This document shows, in pieces, positions 1 to 8,259 of a DNA stretch of 59,745 nucleotides. The DNA is from a virus (Duplodnaviria > Caudoviricetes). The number at the start of each line of letters is the position of its first letter. Position 1 is the first letter of the stretch. Under the pieces are notes generated by a model. The model saw only the letters and a list, made by a program, of their open reading frames with translations. It had not been told where the DNA came from and did not search any database. The position numbers and the translations under genes are program-made. Where the stretch lies: IMG/VR virus record IMGVR_UViG_3300017991_000121, positions 1-59,745 of that record; one strand, 5' to 3'.

Positions 1-121
1 CGAGGGTCGGACGGTCGATCTTGCCGTCGCCGTCTTTGTCCACGAACAGCTGGAGCACCACCCCGCGCACGATGGCGGCGAACATGAGCACGATGACGGC
101 CCACACGGGCAGGTCGGGCAT
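1..121 (-). CDS. small membrane protein, partial (runs off the left edge)
   Basis: Reverse-strand ATG at 121 gives MPDLPVWAVIVLMFAAIVRGVVLQLFVDKDGDGKIDRPTL: hydrophobic helix followed by a DxDxDG motif; not in the ORF track because it is truncated. Confidence 0.55.
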   Translation of the reverse strand, partial: MPDLPVWAVIVLMFAAIVRGVVLQLFVDKDGDGKIDRPTL

Positions 122-155
122 GGACGACTAGCCGGGGATCGCGCTAGTGTGAGAC

Positions 156-395
156 ATGACCGTTCGTGCCGACGACACAGTGGAGGTGTGGGCCGGGGTG
201 TTCCGCGGAACCGGGGGTGCCCCTCGGCCCGGGGACCCGTGGACTCCATGCAAGGTGCTCGACGCCAGGGAGGCGAGCCTGTACGTGAGCCCCCTGGGCG
301 GGGCCCTGTCCCCGATCACCGTCCCCCATCCCAGCAAAGTGGTGCGCGTACCTGCGCGCTCAACCGCGCCGGTAGTCCGGGGGGAGGTGTACTGA
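156..395 (+). CDS. hypothetical protein
   Basis: 79-aa ORF, GC-rich third positions, stop overlaps next ATG (TGATG). Confidence 0.6.
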   Translation: MTVRADDTVEVWAGVFRGTGGAPRPGDPWTPCKVLDAREASLYVSPLGGALSPITVPHPSKVVRVPARSTAPVVRGEVY

Positions 396-859
396 TGCCG
401 TCCTTCAAGCTCCGCACCACCGACCCCAGCGGCGGCGGCCCGCCCATCCACCATCTGGTCCTCAAGCAGATGGACAATCTGCGGCGGCTCGACGGGGTAA
501 CCCACGTGGTGCTGTGGGACGGGCCCGGCAAGGGGTTCCACGGGGACAGGATCGGCCGGGGCCAGTGGCTACAGGACGCGGTGGAACAGGCCGTGGCCTA
601 CGCCCCCGGCAAGCCGTGGGCCAACCCCGCCGACCCGTTCCACCTCAAGACCGTGGCCGGGGGGTACACCTACGCCGTGCGGGTGGAGGGGGAGTACGCC
701 GTGGGGTGTGTGTTCGGGACGGGGACCAAGGCCGCCAAGAGCGTCAACCGATCCATGCGGCGGGTGCTCAAGGTGGCCGCCGAGACCAGGGGCCAGCCTG
801 TCCAAACCACGATCCCCGGGAGTGAAGCCCCGGACCACCGCCGCGGCAGCGGGGTGTAG
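395..859 (+). CDS. hypothetical protein
   Basis: Start moved to ATG 395 (TGATG coupling, GGAGG upstream); MPSFKLRTTDP... Confidence 0.65.
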   Translation: MPSFKLRTTDPSGGGPPIHHLVLKQMDNLRRLDGVTHVVLWDGPGKGFHGDRIGRGQWLQDAVEQAVAYAPGKPWANPADPFHLKTVAGGYTYAVRVEGEYAVGCVFGTGTKAAKSVNRSMRRVLKVAAETRGQPVQTTIPGSEAPDHRRGSGV

Positions 860-1102
860 GTGCGCAGGGGACTTGCGGGCACACGCGCCACGGGGCGCGG
901 TACCGCCACCTGTCCCCAGTGCCAGGGGAGGGGCCAAGTCCCCGGCCCGCCGATCGGCAAGAACCGCGGGATGGCCGCGTGCCCCCTGTGCGGGGGGCTC
1001 AACCGAGTGGACGTGATGGCCGCGTGTCGGGCAGGCTGGAGCGGGTCCCTCCACCCTATCGTAAACCTGGCTGCCAACGAACTGCTGACCGACGATGACT
1101 GA
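860..1102 (+). CDS. DnaJ-type zinc-finger protein
   Basis: CPQCQGRG...CPLCGG motifs. Confidence 0.55.
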   Translation: MRRGLAGTRATGRGTATCPQCQGRGQVPGPPIGKNRGMAACPLCGGLNRVDVMAACRAGWSGSLHPIVNLAANELLTDDD

Positions 1103-1442
1103 CTTCACCCACGAGGCCGCCAAGTACCGGATCCTGGCCAAGGAGTACCTGGAGGTGGCCGAGCAGGCCCTGGCCGCGTGCCAGGAGATCACCGGCCGCC
1201 TGGAGCGGGTGTCGGCCATGAACGAAGCCGCGTGCGACCAGCGGGACATGGCCCTCCTGGTCCTGGGGGAGCTGGTGGCCAAGTTCAGCCGCCGGCGGCT
1301 GGTGACCCTGGAGGGGAAGGTGAACCTGGACCACGAGGGGGCCCGGGACATCCTGGGGTTGGTGGCCGCCGCCGAAAAGGTGCTCCGGGACACCGCGGCG
1401 GCGCAGAACGCAGTACGGAATGGCCAGGACCCGCGCAAGTAG
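1095..1442 (+). CDS. hypothetical coiled-coil protein
   Basis: 115-aa helical ORF coupled to the upstream stop. Confidence 0.65.
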   Translation: MTDFTHEAAKYRILAKEYLEVAEQALAACQEITGRLERVSAMNEAACDQRDMALLVLGELVAKFSRRRLVTLEGKVNLDHEGARDILGLVAAAEKVLRDTAAAQNAVRNGQDPRK

Positions 1443-1447
1443 GGGGT

Positions 1448-1690
1448 ATGTCCAAGAGAGAACGACGTGCGGCCGAAGAAGCCGCGGCCCTGGCGTGGGT
1501 GGACGCCAACACCACCCCCCACAAGCCCCAACCCGCCCCCCGGGAACACCGGGCTGCCATCCGGCGCCTGGTCAAGCGGGGGGTGCTCGTGAGCCGGGTG
1601 GCCGCCGAGTCGGCCGCCCAGGTGAACCCCGACGAGTACGTGTACGGCTCCCAGCCCGTGCGGGCCCGGGTGATCGTGAGCCGCGCATGA
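1448..1690 (+). CDS. hypothetical protein
   Basis: ATG 1448 after AGGGGG; MSKRERRAAEE... Confidence 0.55.
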   Translation: MSKRERRAAEEAAALAWVDANTTPHKPQPAPREHRAAIRRLVKRGVLVSRVAAESAAQVNPDEYVYGSQPVRARVIVSRA

Positions 1691-1959
1691 CCCACTGCAT
1701 CAACGACTTGGTCCTCCTGGTGGCGTTGTGGAAGTGCGCCGCCGAGGGGCACGACAATCACCCGGTCAACGGGTACAACGCGGCGGCCAAACGGCTGGCG
1801 GCCAGGGGGCTGGTGTCGATCAACCCCACGTGCGCCTACCAGTGGCGGATCACGGAGGAGGGGCGGGAGTTCTGCGCCGACGTGGTGGCCTCCCTGGGCG
1901 CCCCCGTACAGCAACCCAACTGCGCCCAGGGGCCGCGGGTGGTGAGGGACAACTACTGA
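1687..1959 (+). CDS. hypothetical protein, possible winged helix
   Basis: ATGA overlap; AAKRLAARGLVS...WRITEEGREF resembles a winged-helix wing. Confidence 0.55.
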   Translation: MTHCINDLVLLVALWKCAAEGHDNHPVNGYNAAAKRLAARGLVSINPTCAYQWRITEEGREFCADVVASLGAPVQQPNCAQGPRVVRDNY

Positions 1960-2615
1960 TGGCGCGGCGACACTGGGATCGGTACGACCAGATCGAGCAT
2001 CTGGCCCCGGAGAAGATGAACGCGAGCACGGCGTTCGCAGAACTGGACGACTACCTGGGGAGCGGCGACGACCCCATCCGGTGGAAGGGCCAGGACACCA
2101 CCCCCAACAATGTGCGGTACCGGATCCAAGGGGACCCCAAAGCCACGGACGTGCGGGTGGGGTACTACGGGGGGCCGGGGTGCCAGTGGATCACCGCACG
2201 CAAGGGGACGTTGGCCAAGTTGGTGGCCGACCGCCGCCGCTTACGTGCCGAACGGGCCGTCAAGGACAGGGCCGCCGAGTTGAGCAAGGCCGCCAAGACC
2301 CGGGCCAAGACGGCGGCGGCGGGGGTTCCGTCCCTGGCCCGCGCGGAGGTGCGGTGGGCTGTGGAGATCACCTACTGGAAGAACGGCAAGGCGGTGGACA
2401 AGCCGTTCCTGGCCGGTCGGTTCTACTTCGACTCCCCTGGGGACCCCCTGGGGCCCCGCCATGGGCGAGGGGACATGCCTCCCGTGGCCACCTTCGACAC
2501 CCGGGACCTGGCCAGGGAGCGGTGCAAGCTGGTGCGGGGCGGCCACCCGTCGTGGAGGACCACGGCCCGGCCTGTCAAGGTGCGGGTGGAGGTCCACCGG
2601 GTGGAGGGGGCGTGA
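1959..2615 (+). CDS. hypothetical protein
   Basis: TGATG coupling; MARRHWDRYDQ..., 218 aa. Confidence 0.65.
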   Translation: MARRHWDRYDQIEHLAPEKMNASTAFAELDDYLGSGDDPIRWKGQDTTPNNVRYRIQGDPKATDVRVGYYGGPGCQWITARKGTLAKLVADRRRLRAERAVKDRAAELSKAAKTRAKTAAAGVPSLARAEVRWAVEITYWKNGKAVDKPFLAGRFYFDSPGDPLGPRHGRGDMPPVATFDTRDLARERCKLVRGGHPSWRTTARPVKVRVEVHRVEGA

Positions 2616-2995
2616 CGGATCACCGCCGGGTGCTTGCCGCGGAGTTCGTTCTGTGCCCGTCGTGCGGTGGGACAGGCCTCCAGGTGGAGAAGGGGTCGAT
2701 CATGAACCCCAGCACGGAGCGCCCTCCCGCGGGGGAGGACGCCGTCCGCCGCCTTCGCCAGATGGTGGCGGGGGTGGCCGCCGACAACGACGACGACTAC
2801 GACCGGGACTACGACCCGTTCTCCGTAGAGGCCCAGATGGCGGAGTGGGACCACGACGACGAGTACGGGGCGGAGTACGGGGACCCTGCCACGTGGATGA
2901 ACACCAACATGGTGGAGAAGTGCGACCTGTGCCGCGGCCGGCGGCGGATCTTGAAGGCCAAGGCCGCCGCGTGGCTCATGGAGAACCCGGGATGA
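2612..2995 (+). CDS. split DnaJ-type zinc-finger protein
   Basis: GTGA overlap; CPSCGGTG, acidic insert, CDLCRGR. Confidence 0.6.
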   Translation: MTDHRRVLAAEFVLCPSCGGTGLQVEKGSIMNPSTERPPAGEDAVRRLRQMVAGVAADNDDDYDRDYDPFSVEAQMAEWDHDDEYGAEYGDPATWMNTNMVEKCDLCRGRRRILKAKAAAWLMENPG

Positions 2996-3168
2996 CCCGC
3001 GGCCGCGCGTTGGTGTGGGTGGTGGTGTGGGTGGTCCTGGCCTTTGCCGCCGCGTGGGTGGGTCAGCAGTGGTGGCCTGCGTGGGTGGTGTTCGTGGTGG
3101 CCGCCCTGGGGCTTCTGGGGGCCGTGTCCGTGGTGGCCAAGGGAGGGGTGGATGATCAACATGAGTGA
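2992..3168 (+). CDS. small two-TM membrane protein
   Basis: ATGA overlap; MTRGRALVWVVVWVVLAFAAAWVGQQWWPAWVVFVVAALGLLGAVSVV. Confidence 0.6.
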   Translation: MTRGRALVWVVVWVVLAFAAAWVGQQWWPAWVVFVVAALGLLGAVSVVAKGGVDDQHE

Positions 3169-3475
3169 CTGGCCGGAACTGGCCGAGTTCGTGGTGGCGG
3201 CCGACGACGACGCCCTCACCCGGGCCGACCTGGCCAAGCTCCTGGATGGTGGGGTGGCCGCGGGGTTCTTCCGGGCCTACGCGGTCAAGGAGGTTTTCCT
3301 TGGCGGGGTGGTCCACGTGGTGGTGGAGGCTCCCAACGCGTCGGCCATGGACCGGCGGTGGATCGAGAAAGCCCGCCGAGCCGTGGACGCCCGCCGAGCC
3401 GCGGGGGTCAAGGTGGAGTGGAAGATCCTCACCACCGCGGAGGAGTGCGCCCAGCGCCTCCTGGGGGAAGATTGA
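3152..3475 (+). CDS. hypothetical protein, weak resemblance to baseplate-J central domain
   Basis: GGAGGGG before ATG 3152 (ATG 3161 is an alternative); ends AVDARRAAGVKVEWKI. Confidence 0.55.
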   Translation: MINMSDWPELAEFVVAADDDALTRADLAKLLDGGVAAGFFRAYAVKEVFLGGVVHVVVEAPNASAMDRRWIEKARRAVDARRAAGVKVEWKILTTAEECAQRLLGED

Positions 3476-3720
3476 TGCCCCCCAAGAAGAAGACCATCAC
3501 CCGCAAGGAGCAGGACGCCCGCCTTCGGGCCGCGGTGGCGTTCGTGGTGGAGAAGGGCGCGGACAGCGGGGTCCAGGTGGATCAACTGGCCCTTACTGCC
3601 CCGGCCAGCGCAGAACCTACCGTAAAGCTCACCCTGCGGCTGGGGTACGATGGGGCCGAGGTGATCGGCGCGGCGCTCAAACTGGCCGCCAGCAAGTCCA
3701 TGCTGGAGGGAGGGGACTGA
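3475..3720 (+). CDS. hypothetical protein
   Basis: TGATG coupling; MPPKKKTITRKEQD... Confidence 0.6.
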   Translation: MPPKKKTITRKEQDARLRAAVAFVVEKGADSGVQVDQLALTAPASAEPTVKLTLRLGYDGAEVIGAALKLAASKSMLEGGD

Positions 3721-3974
3721 TGGCGGTCCCCGGGCGGGTGTACGCCTACGATGCGGACGGCAACCAGTTGATCTGGGATCCGATCAAACCCCCGCCGGGG
3801 TGGAGGTGGTGTTCTGCCTCACCAGGGTTTCCCCTGCACTACAAGCCGGACGACGGCGCGCCGTGCCCTTACTGCGGAACGCACCCCGAGGCCGAGGCCG
3901 AGGCGGTGTACGATGACATCGAGGACGTGGCTCCCCAATGGAACAGACCCCAGACCAAACACGCCAGCGGCTGA
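3720..3974 (+). CDS. small putative zinc-binding protein
   Basis: TGATG coupling; WC...H...CPYCG. Confidence 0.55.
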   Translation: MAVPGRVYAYDADGNQLIWDPIKPPPGWRWCSASPGFPLHYKPDDGAPCPYCGTHPEAEAEAVYDDIEDVAPQWNRPQTKHASG

Positions 3975-4363
3975 AGGCCGTCCTGGAAACGGCCTTGTCG
4001 GCGGAGATCGCCGCGGCCAAGCGCGCCGTGGGCCGGGTGGAGTGCCCTTGCTGTGAGGGGACCGGGGTCACCCCGGACGTTCGTTCCACCACCACCCCCC
4101 AGGACGTGGTGGCTCGTCGGTTTCGCGCCCAGGCCAGCATGACCTTGTGCTCCACGTGCGATGGGACGGGATGGGCCGACCAGGACGCCGCCGCGGAGTG
4201 GCTTTTGGCCAACGACCCCGAGTCGTCCATGGCCGACCTGGGCCCGGTCCCCTACACCGCGGCCGAAGTAGCCAAGGCCCTTGCCGACGTGGATGGGGTG
4301 GCCGCGGTGGCGGTGGCGGACGTGACGATCACGGGCGACGCCCTTTCCGTGTCGCACGACTAG
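3938..4363 (+). CDS. split DnaJ-type zinc-finger protein
   Basis: CPCCEGTG...CSTCDGTG. Confidence 0.6.
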   Translation: MEQTPDQTRQRLKAVLETALSAEIAAAKRAVGRVECPCCEGTGVTPDVRSTTTPQDVVARRFRAQASMTLCSTCDGTGWADQDAAAEWLLANDPESSMADLGPVPYTAAEVAKALADVDGVAAVAVADVTITGDALSVSHD

Positions 4364-4379
4364 GCGCAAGGGTGTGGGT

Positions 4380-4856
4380 ATGGACGTTCGCGTCACCCGA
4401 CCAGACGAGTTCAGCGACACCCTCCGAGACGCCATGCCCGGGGCCGTGGTGTGGATCGAGAACCCCGACCAGGCCGTGGTCCAGATGCGGTTCCCATGGA
4501 CTCCGCAGGAGGCATGGGGGCGCGGGGCGTGGATGGTCCAGACGTACCCGGGGTACGAGGGGGGAGACGACGGGATCTTGGCGGTGGAGATCGCCACGGG
4601 GCTGGGGGCCTTGTTCCGCCCCGACGCCGCGGTGTGCATCCGGGAGTTGGCCTTGGTGGACCCCACCGCCACGGTTCCCACCCCGCCCCTGGAACGCCTG
4701 GTGGCGTCGTGGCGCAAGGCGGATAGGGATCACCTCAATGCGGGGCACCCAGAGTTGAGCGGGGCGGCCCGCGCTTTCGCGGACATGCTTGACCACGTGC
4801 TGGCCCACGGGACGTGGCCGCCGGAGGACGAGCCCGACCAGGAGGCGGGGGCGTGA
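4380..4856 (+). CDS. hypothetical protein
   Basis: MDVRVTRPDEF..., GC-rich third positions; start 4374 or 4380. Confidence 0.6.
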   Translation: MDVRVTRPDEFSDTLRDAMPGAVVWIENPDQAVVQMRFPWTPQEAWGRGAWMVQTYPGYEGGDDGILAVEIATGLGALFRPDAAVCIRELALVDPTATVPTPPLERLVASWRKADRDHLNAGHPELSGAARAFADMLDHVLAHGTWPPEDEPDQEAGA

Positions 4857-5017
4857 AAGGGCACCCCACCACGTGCGTCCTCAACGGGCCCACCCTCCTG
4901 GTGGACGCGGTGATAGGCTGATCGGCCCATGGACCACTGCAAAACACCGCCACCTCCACCGTCCTTCAATCTGCTCACTCCACCCGGCGCAGTTGGCACA
5001 CCCCCGGAGGAGGTGGT

Positions 5018-5299
5018 ATGCGCGTCCGCATGATCGTGGAGGCAGAGCTTGTTCCGGGAACCGCGCTGGTGCGCGGCGACTTGGCCGCGCCTGCCTTGAT
5101 GGGGCCGGTGTACCGGATCGGGAGCATCACCCCCACCACCGCCAACGGGCGGGATGCGCTCATGGTGGAGTGCTTTGAGGCCGTGCGGGGGCGCGATGGT
5201 CGGACGGTGGAGGAGCGCAATCAGGTGTACGTGGGCCCGGATCACACGTGGTGGCGGGTGCCGCCCCCTAAGACCACCGATGCCACGTGCCAGGACTAG
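5018..5299 (+). CDS. hypothetical protein
   Basis: Strong GGAGGAGG RBS; 93 aa. Confidence 0.6.
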   Translation: MRVRMIVEAELVPGTALVRGDLAAPALMGPVYRIGSITPTTANGRDALMVECFEAVRGRDGRTVEERNQVYVGPDHTWWRVPPPKTTDATCQD

Positions 5300-5531
5300 C
5301 CCTCCCGCGTGCCCCACGTGCGGGGGTTCAGGGCGGGTGATCGAAGTCCTCCCCCCGGAGATCATGCAAACCCTGCGGGTGGACCTCCGGGGGCTCGCGG
5401 GGGTGGGGTTTTCCCGGGATACGTGCCCCACGTGCGGGGGGCGGGGGTCCTTGTCGCCACCGTGCCCCTTGGGGGAGTATCCTCCGTGTCCAAGGGACCA
5501 CCATGGGACTGATCAAGATCCGCCGAAGTGA
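5280..5531 (+). CDS. DnaJ-type zinc-finger protein
   Basis: CPTCGGSG...CPTCGGRG; overlaps both neighbours. Confidence 0.5.
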   Translation: MPRARTSPPACPTCGGSGRVIEVLPPEIMQTLRVDLRGLAGVGFSRDTCPTCGGRGSLSPPCPLGEYPPCPRDHHGTDQDPPK

Positions 5532-6066
5532 CCGCCGCCTGGCGGAGGACGACCGCTTGCGAGACAAGTACCTGGACCGCCACCGCTCCCCCGAGGAGTT
5601 GGTGGCACGGTACGAGGCCGAGGCCAAGCGCCTGGGGCTGCGGATCGAGAACAAGTCGAGCCACTGGGGGCGCCTGTCTCGGATGTCCACCACGTACTAC
5701 CGGGAGTTGCGCTTGGGGACTGGGGCCCAGAACTACAAGCCGTTCCCCAAGGCGCGGCTGCTGGCTCACGAGCTGTTCCACGCCCGCCAGTGGCGGTGGT
5801 GGGAGCCGACCAAGTTCCGCACCCGGTACGTGTTCTGGACTCGGTGGCGGTGGGCCATCGAGGTCCAGGCCTACTGCGAGTCGGTGCGGGCCATGATCAG
5901 CATGGGGGCCAGCGACAAGGCCGTGGACGCGTACATCGAGGACCGCCCCCGAGTGCTGTGGGAGAACTACGCCCTCAAGGGCCTCCGCAGGGACCACGTG
6001 TACCGGTACACCAAGGCCATCCTCCGCAACGCGGCCACCGAGCACAGGGCTCGTGTCGCCGCGTAA
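5503..6066 (+). CDS. HExxH zincin-like metallopeptidase
   Basis: LLAHELFHARQW followed by WAIEVQAY (third ligand Glu). Confidence 0.65.
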   Translation: MGLIKIRRSDRRLAEDDRLRDKYLDRHRSPEELVARYEAEAKRLGLRIENKSSHWGRLSRMSTTYYRELRLGTGAQNYKPFPKARLLAHELFHARQWRWWEPTKFRTRYVFWTRWRWAIEVQAYCESVRAMISMGASDKAVDAYIEDRPRVLWENYALKGLRRDHVYRYTKAILRNAATEHRARVAA

Positions 6067-6450
6067 GTGGTGGGGGTGAGCAGGATCAGCGAGGACACTC
6101 TCAACGGGGACACCCCCGTGGTGATCATGGCCTGGATGCCCCGCCCGGACAGCGGGGAGGTCAACAGCCTGGTGTACGCCGGGGGCCTGACCCGGACCTA
6201 CTGGAAGGACAGGTTCGACGGCCGCGCCGCCCTGGGGGCGCACCGGGCCCCGCCCTACTTCCGGGACCCCCACGAGGGGGTGGCGTACATGATGCGCAAC
6301 CCTGGCACCCGGGGGTTGATCCAACTGGATGCCCGTGCCGCCATCGAGTTGGGGTGGGGGATCGGGGCCATGGGGGAGCCCCCCGGCGCGCCCGACGACC
6401 CCCCCACCATGGGGTACGCCGCCGCGGCAATGCTGGAGGGCGACCAGTGA
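6067..6450 (+). CDS. hypothetical protein
   Basis: 127-aa ORF abutting the previous stop; exact start uncertain. Confidence 0.55.
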   Translation: MVGVSRISEDTLNGDTPVVIMAWMPRPDSGEVNSLVYAGGLTRTYWKDRFDGRAALGAHRAPPYFRDPHEGVAYMMRNPGTRGLIQLDARAAIELGWGIGAMGEPPGAPDDPPTMGYAAAAMLEGDQ

Positions 6451-6746
6451 CCAAGGGCGCCAAGTTGCCGGTGGCCGAGTCGATCACCCTGGGCCTCCGG
6501 ATCGACAAGGTGTTCGTCCCCACCCCCAACGGGGGAGCGGCCCCTCGGTTCCGGGTGACCGTGTACCCCGTGGGGGAGGGGCGGTACGACTCCGAGCGGA
6601 CCCGGATCCAAGTGGAGGAGCCCTACATGCGCCAGTGGGCTGCCGACGAGGTGGCTGCCCTGGACGTGGTGGCCGCGGCTCTCCCCGACATCCGGGACGC
6701 GATCCGCGCGGTGGAAGTGGCCGCCATGGTGGAGGACGACGACTGA
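6447..6746 (+). CDS. hypothetical protein
   Basis: GTGA overlap with GGAGG RBS; (M)TKGAKLPVAESITLG... Confidence 0.6.
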   Translation: MTKGAKLPVAESITLGLRIDKVFVPTPNGGAAPRFRVTVYPVGEGRYDSERTRIQVEEPYMRQWAADEVAALDVVAAALPDIRDAIRAVEVAAMVEDDD

Positions 6747-6803
6747 CGCCCAACTGGGCGGACGACGATGTTCGCCAGCACTCGGTGGGGTAGGGTGGTG
6801 GGG

Positions 6804-7091
6804 ATGACTGCCGCCGACATCGCCGGGTGGGTCCCCGCCGTAGTTCTCCCCACCGCCACGGCCGCCGCGTTGGCCGCAGCGATCCGAGCGGCCCGCCAGG
6901 GGGACACCACGGGGGTGTCCGTTCTGTCCTGGGTCCTGTTCGCCGCCGCCAACCTGGGAGGGTGGGTGTACACGGAAAAGCTCCTGGCTCCCCAGGCCTT
7001 GATCGCCTACGCGGTGACCACCGTCCTGGACGTGGTGATCATCGTGGTGGTCCTGGCTGCACGGCACCGTGAGCGGCCCTCCGCGGAGTAG
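6804..7091 (+). CDS. three-TM membrane protein, PQ-loop/SemiSWEET-like
   Basis: IAGWVPAVVLP...GDTTGVSVLSWVLFAAANLGGWVY...; three hydrophobic helices in 95 aa. Confidence 0.55.
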   Translation: MTAADIAGWVPAVVLPTATAAALAAAIRAARQGDTTGVSVLSWVLFAAANLGGWVYTEKLLAPQALIAYAVTTVLDVVIIVVVLAARHRERPSAE

Positions 7092-7116
7092 TGGCCAACC
7101 CGGGGGCGCCGTGGTG

Positions 7117-7128
7117 TATAGTCCGCCC
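7117..7128 (+). promoter_or_regulatory. putative -10 element of a leaderless transcript
   Basis: TATAGT 6 nt before ATG 7129, no SD. Confidence 0.45.
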
Positions 7129-7536
7129 ATGGCGGCGAAGATCTCCCTGGACGTTGACCTGGCGCTCGACGTGCGCCTGGACTCCGGCACCTGCCCCGGC
7201 GGATCCACCGCCCCGGGGAGCGGGTACACCAACAAGTTCCCCTTGGCGGCGGACTTGGAGATCAGCCAGCAGCGGGCCGCGGTAGACCCCGGTCCCGACC
7301 CCCTTCCGTTCCCGGCCAACCTCCAGGGGCGGTTCCTGTACTTCAAGGCCCTGGCCGGGGGTCCCTTCGACGTGACGGTGACCCACGACGCCCAGGGGGC
7401 CACGGTGTACCCCGTGGCCGCGGCCAACAAGAACGGGATGCTCGTCCTGGTCCCGGCCGACGACGAGTTCATCACGGGGGTCACCGTGGAGGGCGCCGGC
7501 GAGTTCGAATGGCTGTGCGCGGGTGACGAGGCGTAG
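7129..7536 (+). CDS. putative virion structural protein
   Basis: MAAKISLDVDL..., beta-rich and acidic; first gene of the structural block. Confidence 0.6.
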   Translation: MAAKISLDVDLALDVRLDSGTCPGGSTAPGSGYTNKFPLAADLEISQQRAAVDPGPDPLPFPANLQGRFLYFKALAGGPFDVTVTHDAQGATVYPVAAANKNGMLVLVPADDEFITGVTVEGAGEFEWLCAGDEA

Positions 7537-7557
7537 GTCAAGTCGCAAGGGGGGACC

Positions 7558-7779
7558 ATGACCCGACAGCAAGCGATCAAGTTCCTGGACAACGCGTGCC
7601 GCGCCTACAAGGGAACACGGGAGGATCACGTGGCCCTCCAGAACGCCATCAACCTGATCCAGGCCGAACTGGCGCAGAAGGACGCGCTCCAGGCGGAACT
7701 GGACGCGCTCAAGGTGGTCCCCATGCCGGAGCCCGAGGCCGAAGGGAACGACGCCGCGGCGGGAGGGGACGCCGAGTAG
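7558..7779 (+). CDS. small coiled-coil protein
   Basis: 73 aa, GGGGGA RBS. Confidence 0.6.
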   Translation: MTRQQAIKFLDNACRAYKGTREDHVALQNAINLIQAELAQKDALQAELDALKVVPMPEPEAEGNDAAAGGDAE

Positions 7780-8259
7780 GTGCGCAACCTGCCCGCGGAT
7801 CTGTTCAACGACCGCCTCGCGCCGCAGGATGCACGCCTGCTGCGGGAGGCGTTGTCGTGCCCTGTCCAGGAGGGGCCCACCTTCTCCTGGGGGGTGATCA
7901 CCGCTCCCGGCACCGAGCTGTACGGTTCCCCGGCCGGGCGGGACCCTACCTCCGCGATCGGCGCGGACACGTACTGGCCCCAGGTGTTTCCCACGGAGAT
8001 CCTGGCCCTGGGGGTGAGCCTCCTGGCCGGCGCGGACTACACCCTTCGGATCTACACCTCCCAAGGTGCGGCCTCGGTGCTTCTCCGGGAGATTGAGATC
8101 GCCGATGGGGGCCCGGCCTTCCGCCGCCTGGACCTGGAAGACGACGCCGGGAACGGGGCCCTCCTGGTGCCCGCCCCCAGCGGGGTGGCTATCTCGGTGG
8201 CGGCATCGGCCATCGGGGGGATCACCGTCACCCCCTACCTTCGCCGGAGGACCGCATGA
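7780..8259 (+). CDS. putative virion protein
   Basis: 159 aa, beta-rich C-terminal half. Confidence 0.55.
   Translation: MRNLPADLFNDRLAPQDARLLREALSCPVQEGPTFSWGVITAPGTELYGSPAGRDPTSAIGADTYWPQVFPTEILALGVSLLAGADYTLRIYTSQGAASVLLREIEIADGGPAFRRLDLEDDAGNGALLVPAPSGVAISVAASAIGGITVTPYLRRRTA

Noticed and set aside
4857-5017. Possible small ORFs or RNA in the gap
   Set aside because: Only very short ORFs with poor codon pattern and no recognisable structure
5308-5439. Direct repeat CGTGCCCCACGTGCGGGG
   Set aside because: Only two copies, explained by the two CPTCGG motifs; not a CRISPR or att site
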